From: Diplonema japonicum
Lineage: Eukaryota > Protista > Euglenozoa: Diplonemea
DNA: 64,000 bases
Direction of reading: 5' to 3'
NCBI GenBank assembly: GCA_964019335.1
Contig: OZ025691.1
Location: 62,001-126,000 of the forward strand
A program made the translations under genes and the position numbers. The first letter of the stretch is position 1; each line of letters starts with the position of its first letter. The notes under the pieces were generated by a model. It did no database searches and was not told where the DNA came from. It worked only from the letters and a program-made list of their open reading frames with translations. Shown piece after piece: positions 1 to 11,000 of this stretch.

Positions 1-1327
1 GCCTGCTGCACTTTTCTTCCATCGTCTCCCTGTACGCGCTCCTTGCCTCCCTCCCCCAAGAGTAGAGTACTCTTCTGGTCGGTTGGCTGACTCCCCCTCT
101 CAGACTGAAGAACATCGGAACGTGGTCTGAGCCCATTGCTGGCAACGTCCTCCAAGAAGATTTGTCGAACTCTGCGCCGCTCATTACCATGTCCGGAGAG
201 GTTGGGTTTCCTGACGGGTTCAGGATCGTGGCTTCGCTGCTCTTGTTCCATGTGCTGTAGCCCCATCGCAGCATCCAGCTGTGCAGTATTTCTCCCAGCT
301 TATTCGGTGTGCCCCTTTTGTCCCACATCGTGTGGTGGGCGTTCATGTCACCGGCGATGATGGTGTGACTGTCATGAGGCAGCTCTGCCGGGCGGAAATA
401 TTTCTCGGGGGGTGGTCTGTCGTCGCCGTCTCTACCCGTTGTCGGAGGCAGGTACAGGTTGACGAGTCTGTACGGCTTCCGGTTGGGCAGCGAGATCTCT
501 ACGTCGAGTCTTTCCGTCACGTCGCTGGGTTTCTGAATAACTTCGATCTGTTTCGACGGTATCGATTCTCTGACCAGTGTGACGAGACCCCCTCCGCTGA
601 TTTGCTTTCCTCTTTTCACCGGTCGTGTTCGGTCTCGGCGGTATGCCTTGAACCCAGTGAAGACTCCGGTTATATCTTTCGACGGCCTCAGGAAAGTCTC
701 TTGGAGTAGGAGCACGTCGATGTTGTGTGTCTCAATGCCCTTCAGCAGCTGCGCTGTGGTGCTCACCGTTAGGGATCTGACATTGAGAGACAGTACGTTG
801 ATGTTGTTGGGTGGTGGTGTTGTGTTGGAGTGTGCCTGTGAGAGAGAGGAAGTAGAGGGGACGGGAGGGAGAGAGTGTTCAACTCTTGTTGTCTTTTCGG
901 TGGTTGGACCGGGGTTCGCTTCTATGTCCCCGCAGCTCAGTAAGTGTTTTCCGTGCGGACCGCTGGCTGCGGGATTTCTGCGAATGTGAAGATTGCCTGT
1001 GTGGTCACCCCTAGGTCCAGGCCTTTGGATACTGGGTAATACTTCGTCACCGGTGACGGGAGTTTGTGAGTGCTTGTTTGGGGAGGAATTGTGCGTGGAG
1101 AGAGGGAAAGATGAGGGATGGTGATGTGGTGATGATGTGCTGCCTTTGCGGTCACCCCAGCTTCCAGGGCTTGAGAGGCTGGGTAGTACTTCATCTTCGT
1201 TTAGATGGGGTGTAGTGTTGGGGGTTTGGGAGTAGGGACAGGGAGTGAGAGACGGTGTGGGAAAGGGGGTGAAAGGGGTGTTGAATGAGATTGCACGGCC
1301 CTTAGTACTGGCCTTCAACCTTCCTTT
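1..1327 (-). CDS. Retrotransposon ORF2 N-terminus: 2A-like peptide followed by apurinic/apyrimidinic endonuclease (partial)
   Basis: Manual translation (absent from the ORF track): LLSCGDIEANPGP (905-943), then INVLSLNVRSL, IDVLLLQET, YRRDR..GGG, NLYLPP, GDMNAHH, SDH. Upstream in-frame stop at 1328-1330; no in-frame ATG before the APE domain. Confidence 0.9.
937..1194 (-). CDS. Short AUG-initiated ORF between ORF1 and ORF2; probable true start of ORF2 (frameshifted)
   Basis: Contains a duplicated peptide KYYPASQALEAGVTAKA / KYYPVSKGLDLGVTTQA with synonymous and conservative changes in this frame. Confidence 0.5.
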   Translation of the reverse strand: MKYYPASQALEAGVTAKAAHHHHITIPHLSLSPRTIPPQTSTHKLPSPVTKYYPVSKGLDLGVTTQAIFTFAEIPQPAVRTENTY

Positions 1328-2522
1328 TTACGGGAGGGTTCACCTTGTGCAGGGGCGTTGTCTGCGAGGGGGTGGTGTGTAGGGTTGTCTGCCTAGTTGT
1401 GGCAACTCCTACGAGCCTTTCGGCTGGTGGGGGGGTGTCGTAGCATAAAGGTGCTACGGTACCCTTTCTCTCCGGTGTCGCAGCGTGCCTGGGGCAGTCT
1501 GGGGTGTCAGTCCCCTCGTCAGCGCCATCGGTGGACGGCACGTGTCCCCTCTGTTCTGGGGACCCGTCTGCCTCCTCGGAGGTTCCTGGTGGGGGGGCTC
1601 CTGTAGTCAAGTGGATGAGTAATCTGTTCATCCCTTGCTTCAGCTCCTCCACCGACCGCTCCGTCCTCTCCGATGACGCCTTCAAGGAAGAAATCTCCCC
1701 CCTCAGGCCACCAAGCTCGCCCTCCACCAGGCCCACCCTCCTGTTCAGCTCCTCAGTCCTCTCGTCCGTACGCACCCCTCTCATCTCCACCTCTTCCACC
1801 TTCCTCTCGCACGCCTTCTCCCACAGCCCGGCCTGTTCCCTCGCCTGCTCCAACTCGGCAATCCGCCTGTCCATGGCTTCCCTCCAACCCCAGTCGTCCT
1901 CCATCCCGCCTCCCTCTTCCTTCTCGGCGCTCTCCAGCGCCTGGATCCTCGCCTCCAGCTTCTCCTCTCTTTCCCTGGCCTCGGCCTTCCTTTTTGCGGC
2001 TTTGGCCCCCTTCTCCTCTCTCGCCTTCTTCTTCCTCCCCTCCTTCTCGTCGGCCAGCTCCCACACCTGCGACCAGCTCGCCCCCCCGAACTCCCTGCGG
2101 AAGTCTATTTTGGTCCCTCTACGAGACCCACCCGGTAGTTTCCTTTTAAAGGATCCCTTCTGCTCCTCGAACACCACCTTATGGGTAGTGTCTCCGTCCC
2201 TCACTGAGTAGGACTGAAGAGGGGGAGTCCCTGTGGTTACGATGGTGCCTAGGACACCGTCGAACCTCATCGACTTCCCCAGTCCAGCCTGCGCAATGAA
2301 GGCCGCCCACGTGGGCTTGGGGGCAAGCGGGGCTACGACTGCGTCGTAGTGCTTCCGGGTGGGCTTCGTCTTGGGGGTCGTCTCGGGGGGGGTCTTTCTG
2401 ATCACCACCTCGGTGGTTTGCAGCACTAGCTGCGGCGGGTCTTGGTCGGGCTCGCTCCCGTCCGGTAGGGGCCCCTTGGAGGCGCCCGCCTTGCTCGGCT
2501 TCGTCATTTTGTCACTTGACAT
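1302..2522 (-). CDS. Retrotransposon ORF1 (coiled-coil, basic; ORF1p-like)
   Basis: 406-aa ORF with central heptad coiled coil, between the SL and the APE ORF. Confidence 0.75.
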   Translation of the reverse strand: MSSDKMTKPSKAGASKGPLPDGSEPDQDPPQLVLQTTEVVIRKTPPETTPKTKPTRKHYDAVVAPLAPKPTWAAFIAQAGLGKSMRFDGVLGTIVTTGTPPLQSYSVRDGDTTHKVVFEEQKGSFKRKLPGGSRRGTKIDFRREFGGASWSQVWELADEKEGRKKKAREEKGAKAAKRKAEAREREEKLEARIQALESAEKEEGGGMEDDWGWREAMDRRIAELEQAREQAGLWEKACERKVEEVEMRGVRTDERTEELNRRVGLVEGELGGLRGEISSLKASSERTERSVEELKQGMNRLLIHLTTGAPPPGTSEEADGSPEQRGHVPSTDGADEGTDTPDCPRHAATPERKGTVAPLCYDTPPPAERLVGVATTRQTTLHTTPSQTTPLHKVNPPVKRKVEGQY

Positions 2523-2556
2523 TTTTTTTTTTTTTTTAGCCTTCCCTACCCCCCCA

Positions 2557-2594
2557 CAATAAAGTACAGAAACTGTAGCTTTAGAATCGTTGGT
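2557..2594 (-). other. Spliced-leader exon copy (diplonemid type) at retroelement 5' end; partial SL duplicate at 2595-2609
   Basis: ACCAACGATTCTAAAGCTACAGTTTCTGTACTTTATTG carries the euglenozoan SL 3' core CAGTTTCTGTACTTTATTG; not followed by GT. Confidence 0.93.
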
Positions 2595-2626
2595 AGCTTT
2601 AGAATCGTTTTTTTAATAATAGTAAA

Positions 2627-3017
2627 TATTCCACTACCAGGCGGGAGGATCGAAGGGGAGTAGAGAAAACCATTCAAGGGAAAGGGAAAGGGAAAGGGAC
2701 ATCACTTCAAACCAAGAGAGGTGTTTGAAAGTGATTCGTGAAAAGCAGTCTCTGTTACTGAGCCATTGGTCGAGGGGTCCTGGTCCGCTGCTCCCTGTAG
2801 TAAATTACTTGGACCCCCTCACCACGCTCTTTTCATAATAAAATAAAACCGATCCCACCCACCAGGCAGCACCTGGGTCTCGAGGCATTAGCCGCCTCTA
2901 GTAACAAGAGACGACCTCCCAGATTTTAAGAACTTTGGAGGAGTTTCAATTGTGAAAAATTAACCAGCTGACTGTGAAACTCCACCGTCTGCTGGACTTG
3001 TTGGGCTTTCGGGAGCC
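2627..3017 (-). ncRNA. Structured RNA element copy A (pseudoknotted; function unknown)
   Basis: Homologous to 6065-6402, with conserved blocks and compensatory base pairs; G-U pairs favour the minus strand. Confidence 0.6.
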
Positions 3018-3438
3018 AATAAATTCGATTCAATTAAGTTTCGTTCTTCAGTTTTTTTCTTTTTTTTTTTCTTTTTTTTTTCTTCTTTTTTTTTTTTTTT
3101 TTTTTCTTTTTTTTTTTCTCAAAATAAAGGAATTCAAATCAAGCTCGATTGTGTACACCGAAGCTTGAATCATCTGTCCTTTTTTTTCTTTTTTTTTTTT
3201 TTTTCTTTTTTCTTTCTATATGAAAGGTGAGTGGAAAATTTGAATAACACTGGGGGCGGGGGACAGGGGCCTGGTAATGGAAAATAAGGGAAGACACTGG
3301 GGAGGGAGGTGAAAAGAAAGGATAGGAGTGAAGCCAGAGTCGAGAGATTGAGTTAGAAACAATTGCTGTCTGAAGTCGTTTAACAACTTCAGACCTCAAT
3401 GTTTGGAGAGTATAATATATTATAATTTATAAGTTTTT

Positions 3439-6048
3439 TCACAATGTTCCCTGCCGCTCCAAGAGCTGGGCGGTCTTACAGGCGTCGGTCGACAGGAGGA
3501 CTTTGAGGGAAGGAAGGGAGCTACCGAAGATCTGACTCCTTTGGTCGATCCTCTTTTCGTCTTGGCATTCCCGTAGGAGGTGGCTTAGAGTCTGAGGTTG
3601 CGAACATAGATGGCACGGGACCTCCTCGACTGGGGGTATGAGTAGGTATCCGCAAGTGAGTGGGCTCTTCCCCACCCTCAGCCTCATGATCGCCACTTCT
3701 TTCTTTCTGTCCAGCTCCTCGAACTTCTCGAAACTTCCGGCAAACAGCTCCCTGTACGTCTTTGTGACGCCAGTATCCTTCCATAGGCGGAGGTGGCTTC
3801 TGATGACATGCTTCCTCACCAGAGTTTTAACCACCTCAATGTCTGTCTCACGGGTGTGGGCCAGTCTTTCGCTCGCCTCTTTTGCCTTCTGGTCCGCCTT
3901 CTCGTTCCACTTGTACCCGCAGTGACTCGGGACGTATTGAACGATTAGCTTGTGGCCTCTGCCTGTCAAGCTCGCGACCTCCTGCCAGAGTTCGAAGTCA
4001 TCTTTGGAGGCTGCCGACATGTGTCCCTGGCACATCTTCCGTATCACCGACTGCGAATCTGTGCATATCAGAACCATCCCTTGGCTTGCAAGCTTCCTCT
4101 CTGAGAGTCTTGTCGCCAGTCGGATCCCTAGCCTCAGGGCCCTGAGTTCGCATTTGTAGGATGTCGAATACAGTCCACCGCTGATCCCGTAGGCAGCATC
4201 GGACCCGTTGTGCAGCAGGATGGCGGCCGAGCCTCCGTTTTTCCCATCCTTTACGGACCCGTCTGTGAACACCATGCAGAATGCCCGGCCGTGTTTCTCG
4301 CATAACCTGTTCAGGGTGTTCGTTGTTGCCTCTTTCCTGACCTCTTTTGGGTCCGTCCTTTTCACCTGCGTGTCTAGGAAGGGGGAGAGCACGAGTTGCC
4401 CCTCGAATCTTTGCCAGGGTGCAACCGCGAGTCTCCTCATGAAGACGGCGCCCGAGTGAGGTGTGCCCGTCCTCTCTGGGAGTTTGTAGGCTTTCGATGC
4501 CTCTCTCTGTTTGTCAGACCAAGTCCTCCTTGGTAGGAGCTTCTCGTACCTGGTCAGATCCTCCAGAGGCTGAGTCGCCTGGTATGCGGCGGTGTCCACT
4601 TTTCTCATCAGTGACTCGTAGAGCAACAGGCTGTCGTGTTCGATCAGCGCATCCAGGGTCCACAGCCCCGCTTCGTTCAGTGTCGCGAATGTCTCTGATG
4701 ACGCGATGCAGCCTGTGATCTTCACCGCTGCCCTGTATTGAAGCTTCTTGATGCCTTCGTGGGGCGTGTTCCTCCCGCTCGGGAGAAATGACCCGTACAC
4801 GCCCAAGCAGTATCTGAAGACTGGTTGCACATATGTGAGGTATAGAGCCCTCAACACCACCTTCTTGCAACCCCATCTCGTTCCCGCAAGGCAGCTCAGC
4901 AGCCTGACCCTGCTTTCACCTCTTTCCAAGACGTCTCTGGAGTGTTCGGAGAAAAGCATGTCCTCCTCGAAGGTGACTCCGAGCAGCTTTGTTTTTTCGA
5001 CCACCTCGAGTTCTTCGCCGGTCTTGAAAGTTGCTCTGATCTTCCCCTTCAGTGTTCTCTGCGGATAGGAGATGCCAGCAACGGGAAGGAACTCTGTCTT
5101 TCCCTTGGAGATCACCATCGAGTTTCTCGAGCACCAGCTCTCCACAACCCTCAGGATCTTCATCAGTTTCCCATTCAAGCTGTCCAGGTCTTTTTCGTGC
5201 AGCACCACCGCAATGTCGTCTGCGTACATCACGGCATCAATGCCCTCCTTTTCGAACGTCTCTGAGAGGTCGTCCATGTAGATCGAGAAGAGGGTTGGGG
5301 CAAGGATGGTTCCCTGTGGAACCCCACCCGTTATGTGTTCGTGCTTCCCTGTTTCGCCACTCACCTTGACGGCAGCGATCCTCTGGTCTAGGAAAGCGGC
5401 CACCCAGTCCGTAATTCTTTGCGGGTAGCCATTACTCCTCATTTTCGCATTTAGACCCTTGTGCCACACTGTGTCGAAGGCGCCTTTCAGGTCGAAGAGC
5501 AATAGTCCGCCGCAGAACTCATCGTCTCTGATGCGGTTCAGTTTCGTGGTCACTTGCAGGACGTTCTCTTCTGTGGAGCGCCCTTTCCTGAAACCGGACT
5601 GCATTTTGTGCACCCTCTTCACATCTCCCACGTCTTGGTGATAGTCGACCCTTATCTTTACTATCCTCTCCATTGTCTTTGAAATGTTGGAGGTTAGCGA
5701 TATCGGTCTGTACGATGCCGGATCACTTCTTGATTTGCCCTTTCCTTTGAAAAGTGGGATTATGTGTGTGAACCTCCAGTCTGATGGTACCACTCCCTTC
5801 TCCCATGACATATTGAACAGATGGAGTAATGTGTCCATGGCCGTCCCCCCCAGGTGTTTCAGCATCTCGTTGTAGACTCCGTCTGGGCCCGGGGATTTCC
5901 CCTTCTTCAACTGCCTCAGCGCGTGCTTCAGTTCCTCCGTGCTTATCCCTGGGCAAGTGACCCTGTCCCTCAAGTCCTTGATCACTTTGGACTTCCTGTT
6001 TTCACCGTCCAGCATCTTCTTTGTGTCCTTGTTAACCTCAAAAAACAA
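3439..6048 (-). mobile_element. 5'-truncated Ingi/I-group non-LTR retrotransposon: reverse transcriptase + RNase H + CCHC knuckle
   Basis: KSPGPDG, YRPISLTS, QSGFR, DLKGAFD, GVPQG, YADD; RNase H FTDGS/ELRAL/TDSQS/VPSHCG..NEKAD; C-terminal CHLC..H..C; ORF begins abruptly at an (ATT)n junction. Confidence 0.95.
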
Positions 6049-6064
6049 TAATAATAATAATAAT

Positions 6065-6402
6065 TATTCCACTACCAGGCGGGGGGGATGGGGGGCGGAG
6101 AAAGTTGAAACCATAAAAATTGGGAAGGGAAGGTTAAAAACAGTCTCTCTTACTGAGCCATATCGGGGGGGACCTCTTGCTCGTTTGCTCGACCTCTTGT
6201 ATATTTTCCTGGGGCCCCCGACATCCACCTTTCTTATTTTTTCCCCATTCCCCCGCCACGCAGCTCTTGGGCCTCGAAGGCTTCGGCTGTCACCAAATAA
6301 AGACAACCCCAAATATTAAAGGACGGCGATGAGATCCCTAATTTTGATTTATCCAGCCACAGGGACCCCACCATCTGCTGGTTTTGTTGGGCTGTGGGAG
6401 CC
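6065..6402 (-). ncRNA. Structured RNA element copy B, followed by (ATT)n tail (6047-6064)
   Basis: Diverged homolog of 2627-3017 with covarying stems. Confidence 0.6.
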
Positions 6403-7417
6403 TAAAATATAAATTTGAAAAGGAAATGTAAAAGGAAAAGTCAAGTTCAGAACTCAACTTCCACAAAGAAGGGAGGAATGCATAACTAGAAAAGGAGCCT
6501 GGTAGGGAAAATAAAAAGAAAGGGAACCCAATGGGGGAGGGGGAAAAAAGAATTACTGGTTACTATTTCTAAAAAAAAACCCCCCTTCTCAGCTGCGAAA
6601 GATGTTTTTCCAACGAGACTCCCTATCGCGTAATGACGCGGGCGCACCAGGTAGGCCGGCGAGTGCTGTGGAGTCAATCGTCAGCGGGGAGGAAGAGGTT
6701 GTGAGAGGCGAAGTAGAGGAGGGGGACACGTTGGCAGATAACCCACCGGCCTTGGGCTTTCCCCGTGTGCGACAGGTCACACAATGGTGTTCCTTACACC
6801 CCTATGCGGTTCTGCCTGCCTACCCACCAGAAGTCGGACCTTCACTGAGAGACTGTGTCACACAATGGACTTACATCCCTTGAGGTGGTCCACCGTACTT
6901 GACGCCTCCGCTCCGATTCTCTCTCCGCGGGAACCCAGCCTACTCTGGTGGCTGGAGGACCCACTTTGAAATCGAACCCCTCACGTAGAAAACACTGTTG
7001 CGCACTCTGGACATTTTGCATTAATCTTGTTTTCTGTCGGCAAACAGTGCTCCCCACGCTCAGGCCACTTCGCTCGGGCGTTCAGGTCAGCTTCCCCAGG
7101 AAAACCATCAAACGGCGTCTCCGGATCCGGTCCTCGTTCTGGCGTGCAGGAGGCTTCCCCAGGGGATGCCATCCAACACGGCGCTCCGGCTCCGGCCCTC
7201 GGCCGCCCAACGCAACACCGTTCCCCTGCTCCTCCTCTCGAGCTGCCTCTCAGCCGCGCAACCTTCACCACCTGCGCGTTGCCCAGGGACCACCACCGTG
7301 GAGGTGGGCAGCCACCACACACACCGCGTTCGTCTACATGTTCATGTGTGTGTGTAATCGGACCCCTAATCAAAAAATCCGTGACCATCTCTCGGGAGGC
7401 GTTCTTTGGCCCGTTTT

Positions 7418-7448
<31 letters not shown>

Positions 7449-7495
7449 GGGGGGAAGATAGGTAGGGAGTTTGGGAAAAGAAAAAGGGGGGGAAT

Positions 7496-7726
7496 CTATT
7501 TTGGGCTCATGTTCACCCTTGAGCAGCGTTGGTCGGGGGGAGGGTCCCACACTCGGACCATGTTAACGAGCCCGGAGGCCTCGATGAAGGCGCAGACCTC
7601 GGCGGAGTGCTTGGAAAGCAGCGCGCGGAGCGGCAGCCTGGTGTCGAAGAAGGTTCTCGCAGCGGGGGCCAGGGAAGACAGCTCATGAGCAGGTGATCGG
7701 CGTCTAGCGGAGAGTGAACGCCGCAT
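7496..7726 (-). pseudogene. Probable extreme 3' remnant of another Ingi-like ORF
   Basis: LRALLSKHSAEVCAFIEASGL resembles the terminal helix of the neighbouring element (LKVLLSTDACKTAQLLERQGTL); same strand. Confidence 0.35.
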
Positions 7727-8084
7727 GCGGGGCAGGTGAGGTGGTGATCCCTCGAAGCCCTAAGCTTTTCTCTTTAAGGTTCAAAATTTGAGTTGATCTT
7801 AGGCTGGTGCTTAGGTTTTTTTTTTCTCCTGTATCTTTCTAATTCTCATTCTTTTATGCACATTATTTACATACTTTGTTGTACGCACTTAATGTGGAAC
7901 GAAAAATATTTGGACCGCAACCCGTCTCCTGTTTTCCTTGTTTCGTATTCTTGAAGCACACCCCCAAACAAACGACGTCTGAATCCACCTTTTCCTGGAG
8001 AGGTTTTCCTAGACTGCCTAAATGCATGTTGCTGAAAAAAATAATATATTTGCGATACTTACCTAGAGTTGTTATTACATACAC

Positions 8085-11000
8085 ATGAATGACTCAGATT
8101 CAGACGAGGAACGACTTAGAGAGATACGTGAATTCAAGATCACGAGAGATGAAGATGATGTTGTTTTAGATAAGATATTGGATGAGCCTGCAGCTCCAGT
8201 GGCTGTGGTTGAGCAACGAGAAGCGCCGCAGCGGGAGGAGGCAGAGGTTCCCAATGTAACCTTGAGCGACGACGACGAAGATGATGACGAAAAATTTTTA
8301 GCTGACATATTAAATTATGACGAGAACTCTGTGAATGTCCCACTTCAAAAAAGCGTTAGTTCGGTGCCTCAGGGACCCGATCTTATTGAACAGTGCAAAA
8401 AAGAGAAGGAAGAGCCCAGCACCAACGTGGAACAGGCCACGCCCAACCCAGCTCCTATCAACAGTGAGATGTCTTCTGCATCCACTCCACCAACGATTGT
8501 TCTCCCTTCACCTCAAAGCACTCCCTCTCCTTCTCCTTCCCCTCCACCTAAGGAGAAAGGTAGCGGCGTTTTCAGCAATTTCAAGAAACGGTTTTCTTCC
8601 AATAAAAAAGAAACACCGTCACCATCCCCGTCTCTCCCTGCTGTGTCTCCCTCCCCTGCACCCTCCCCGAAGCCTCAGGGCAGGCTGAAAGGCCTTCTTT
8701 CAAAGTCTAAGTCACCTGAGCTTCAGTTGCTGCAGCCATCGCAACCACCTCCACCGCAGCTGTTGTCGCCAGAATCTCAACACGAAGAAACGTCAGAACC
8801 ACCGACTCCGCACAGCGCTGATGTGTTTGAACAGTCACAAGTCTCCGAGGCAGCTAGTAGTGCATATAGTGGGGACAATGTCAAAAGTCCCTTATATAAA
8901 AAAGAGGAAAGGGGGAAACAGGAAAAAGCCCCCGCGAAGAAGAGCAAAGACAAGAATAAGAAACGTGATAGTGTATGGGGCTTCGTCAGCGCAAAAGTAG
9001 CTGATGAGCAAGACTGCAACGACATCGCTAACGGTGCCAACCTGAGCTTTATGGACGAAAGGGAAATGCTGCAGAATATCATTGACAGCATCGCTGACGA
9101 AGCACCGTCAACTTCGGAAAGCGACGATGAGCTCAACGACACACTGACCAACGTGGAGAAAGCGCTGAAGCACGCAGAGCAGATTGCGCAGGACAAGGCT
9201 GAGAAGAAGGACGCTTCTGTGTACTCCAGCATGCAACAACATACAGGACTCGATCTCCTGAAACAGACCGTGTTCCAGGAGATATCTAATGAGCTCAGCC
9301 AACGCAACAATGAGATCGGATGGCCTGTATGCCTCGCAACAGCATCGAATGCAGAACGCCTGTATAAGGGCAACAAAGCAGTATCTTTTGCAGTGGGCAC
9401 TTCTGGGGGCTTCGTGTTGTTATTCACAGCAGCGGGCAAGCGGTGCGGAACCTTGGGGGGTTTGCATGATGACGAGCACAATGCATGCGGTGGGTGCTCT
9501 TGCATCGAGTTGTACCACACGGGCGAAGCACTTCTTGCAGGGTTCCAAACTGGACACCTTGTTTTCTTCGACACCGAGAATGCAGTGCCTTTGAAGATCG
9601 TAAAAGATGTGCGACATCCTTTGCATAGTGTGAAGTGGATCGGAAACGAGCCCAACAGAGCCGCCATGCTTGACATCATGGGCAACCTCAAAATCGTTGG
9701 CTTGAAAAAAGTACTCGGTCTCAAAACAAAGTTCATCACAAGCACGCAGCAGCTAGCAAGCCCCGATCAAGGAATTCTCGAGATCGATGCCACCCTCACG
9801 TACATGACCCACCACGCCATTCTTGTGGCTGCCTCTAGGACATCGGTTCATTTTTACCATTTGAAGACCGCTACGCTTCCAGCCGACTCGTTTTATATGT
9901 ACTCCGTACCGAAGTCTGTGAAGCCGAAACAACAAAATAAAGGGAGAGAGCGGAGTTTAAGCAGGTTTGAGAGAAAAAGGAAGAACACAATGAAAAGACA
10001 AGGGAAGCCAGAGAAAAAGAGCGCAGAGGCCTTGCCTGCAATGTCGTGGCTTAAGAACTGTAGGGGAGGGGGTGAACTTGTGGTTGTGTGGCATGACTAT
10101 CTGTGTGTGTTTAGAGTTGTGGAGTCGGATGGGTCGGACGACTTAAACATGGTGCGCATTGCAGAAGTTGTTCTGAAGCATGCTGTTGTCGCCTGCACGT
10201 TTCTAGCACACAGGGTGGTGGGGTTGATTGACCCCGCTGGGCGTGTTTTCGTAGCTGACCCCCATACAGAGGCTGGCCGCAACGCTATCATTGATGCAGG
10301 CACCACAACTGTCGACCCTGTCACTGTAACGGAAAACAATCTGAAGAGTTTCAGACAAGCTGTAAAAGGCTTCTCTAGGGACACCTCGGCGTCGTTCTTC
10401 ATCTTAAGCAAGAAGCCCATCAAGCTCCACAAAGTCGAGATCAAGACATGGCGGCAGCGCATCGATATCTTAAAACCACAGCGAGGCGCACTTGACTTAG
10501 CCAAGGAGATGAAGTATGACAAGGCGTCTGCTGTGGTTGGGCTGCCCCACCTTGTTTCTACAAGGAAAGCTACGCTCAATGAAGTTATCAAGAAACTGCT
10601 GCGCGAGTACATGGAAGACAGGGTTGCGGCACGCCCTCGTGGGATCGACGCTGAGGACTGGTGGGAGTCCCTCGCCGGCTACACTTTGAACTACTGTTGC
10701 AGTGTCGAGCAGCCGGAACTTATATTTTCGGTGCTGTACCCTTTCTTTGCGAAGGGGGAGTATGCCAACTTGTGGATGAAACTGCTGGAGCCTTGTATCG
10801 CGCTAAAAAAAGTCACTGGTATACCAAACCACTTCCTGTCACTTCTTGTGGAGTGGCTCACGAGGGGCGCCGTGTTGGCTTACCAGCAGCGTCAGGACGT
10901 CTTGCACTGCACAGGTACTACCTTCACAGAAGAGCCGTTTGACGAGATCATCAATCCGTACTCCTTCACGGTAGACCTGTGGGTGCGGGGCGCAGACGAA

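Larger units (their letters stand above)
1..2609 (-). mobile_element. Non-LTR retrotransposon, 5' portion (SL-headed; ORF1 + 2A/APE ORF2), runs off left window edge
   Basis: SL exon at 2557-2594, short 5'UTR, ORF1 1302-2522, then a frame encoding an AP-endonuclease. Confidence 0.9.

Noticed and set aside
2627-3017. HDV, hammerhead or twister ribozyme, SRP RNA or RNase MRP identity for the structured element
   Set aside because: Only fragments fit (CTAA/CGAA after a hairpin, GAGCAG, GGCTCA); the required P1/P2 pairings or core motifs are not conserved in both copies
9965-9997. Additional in-frame purine-rich intron in Vps8
   Set aside because: GT..AG and 33 nt, but it lies in an unconserved loop and cannot be distinguished from coding sequence
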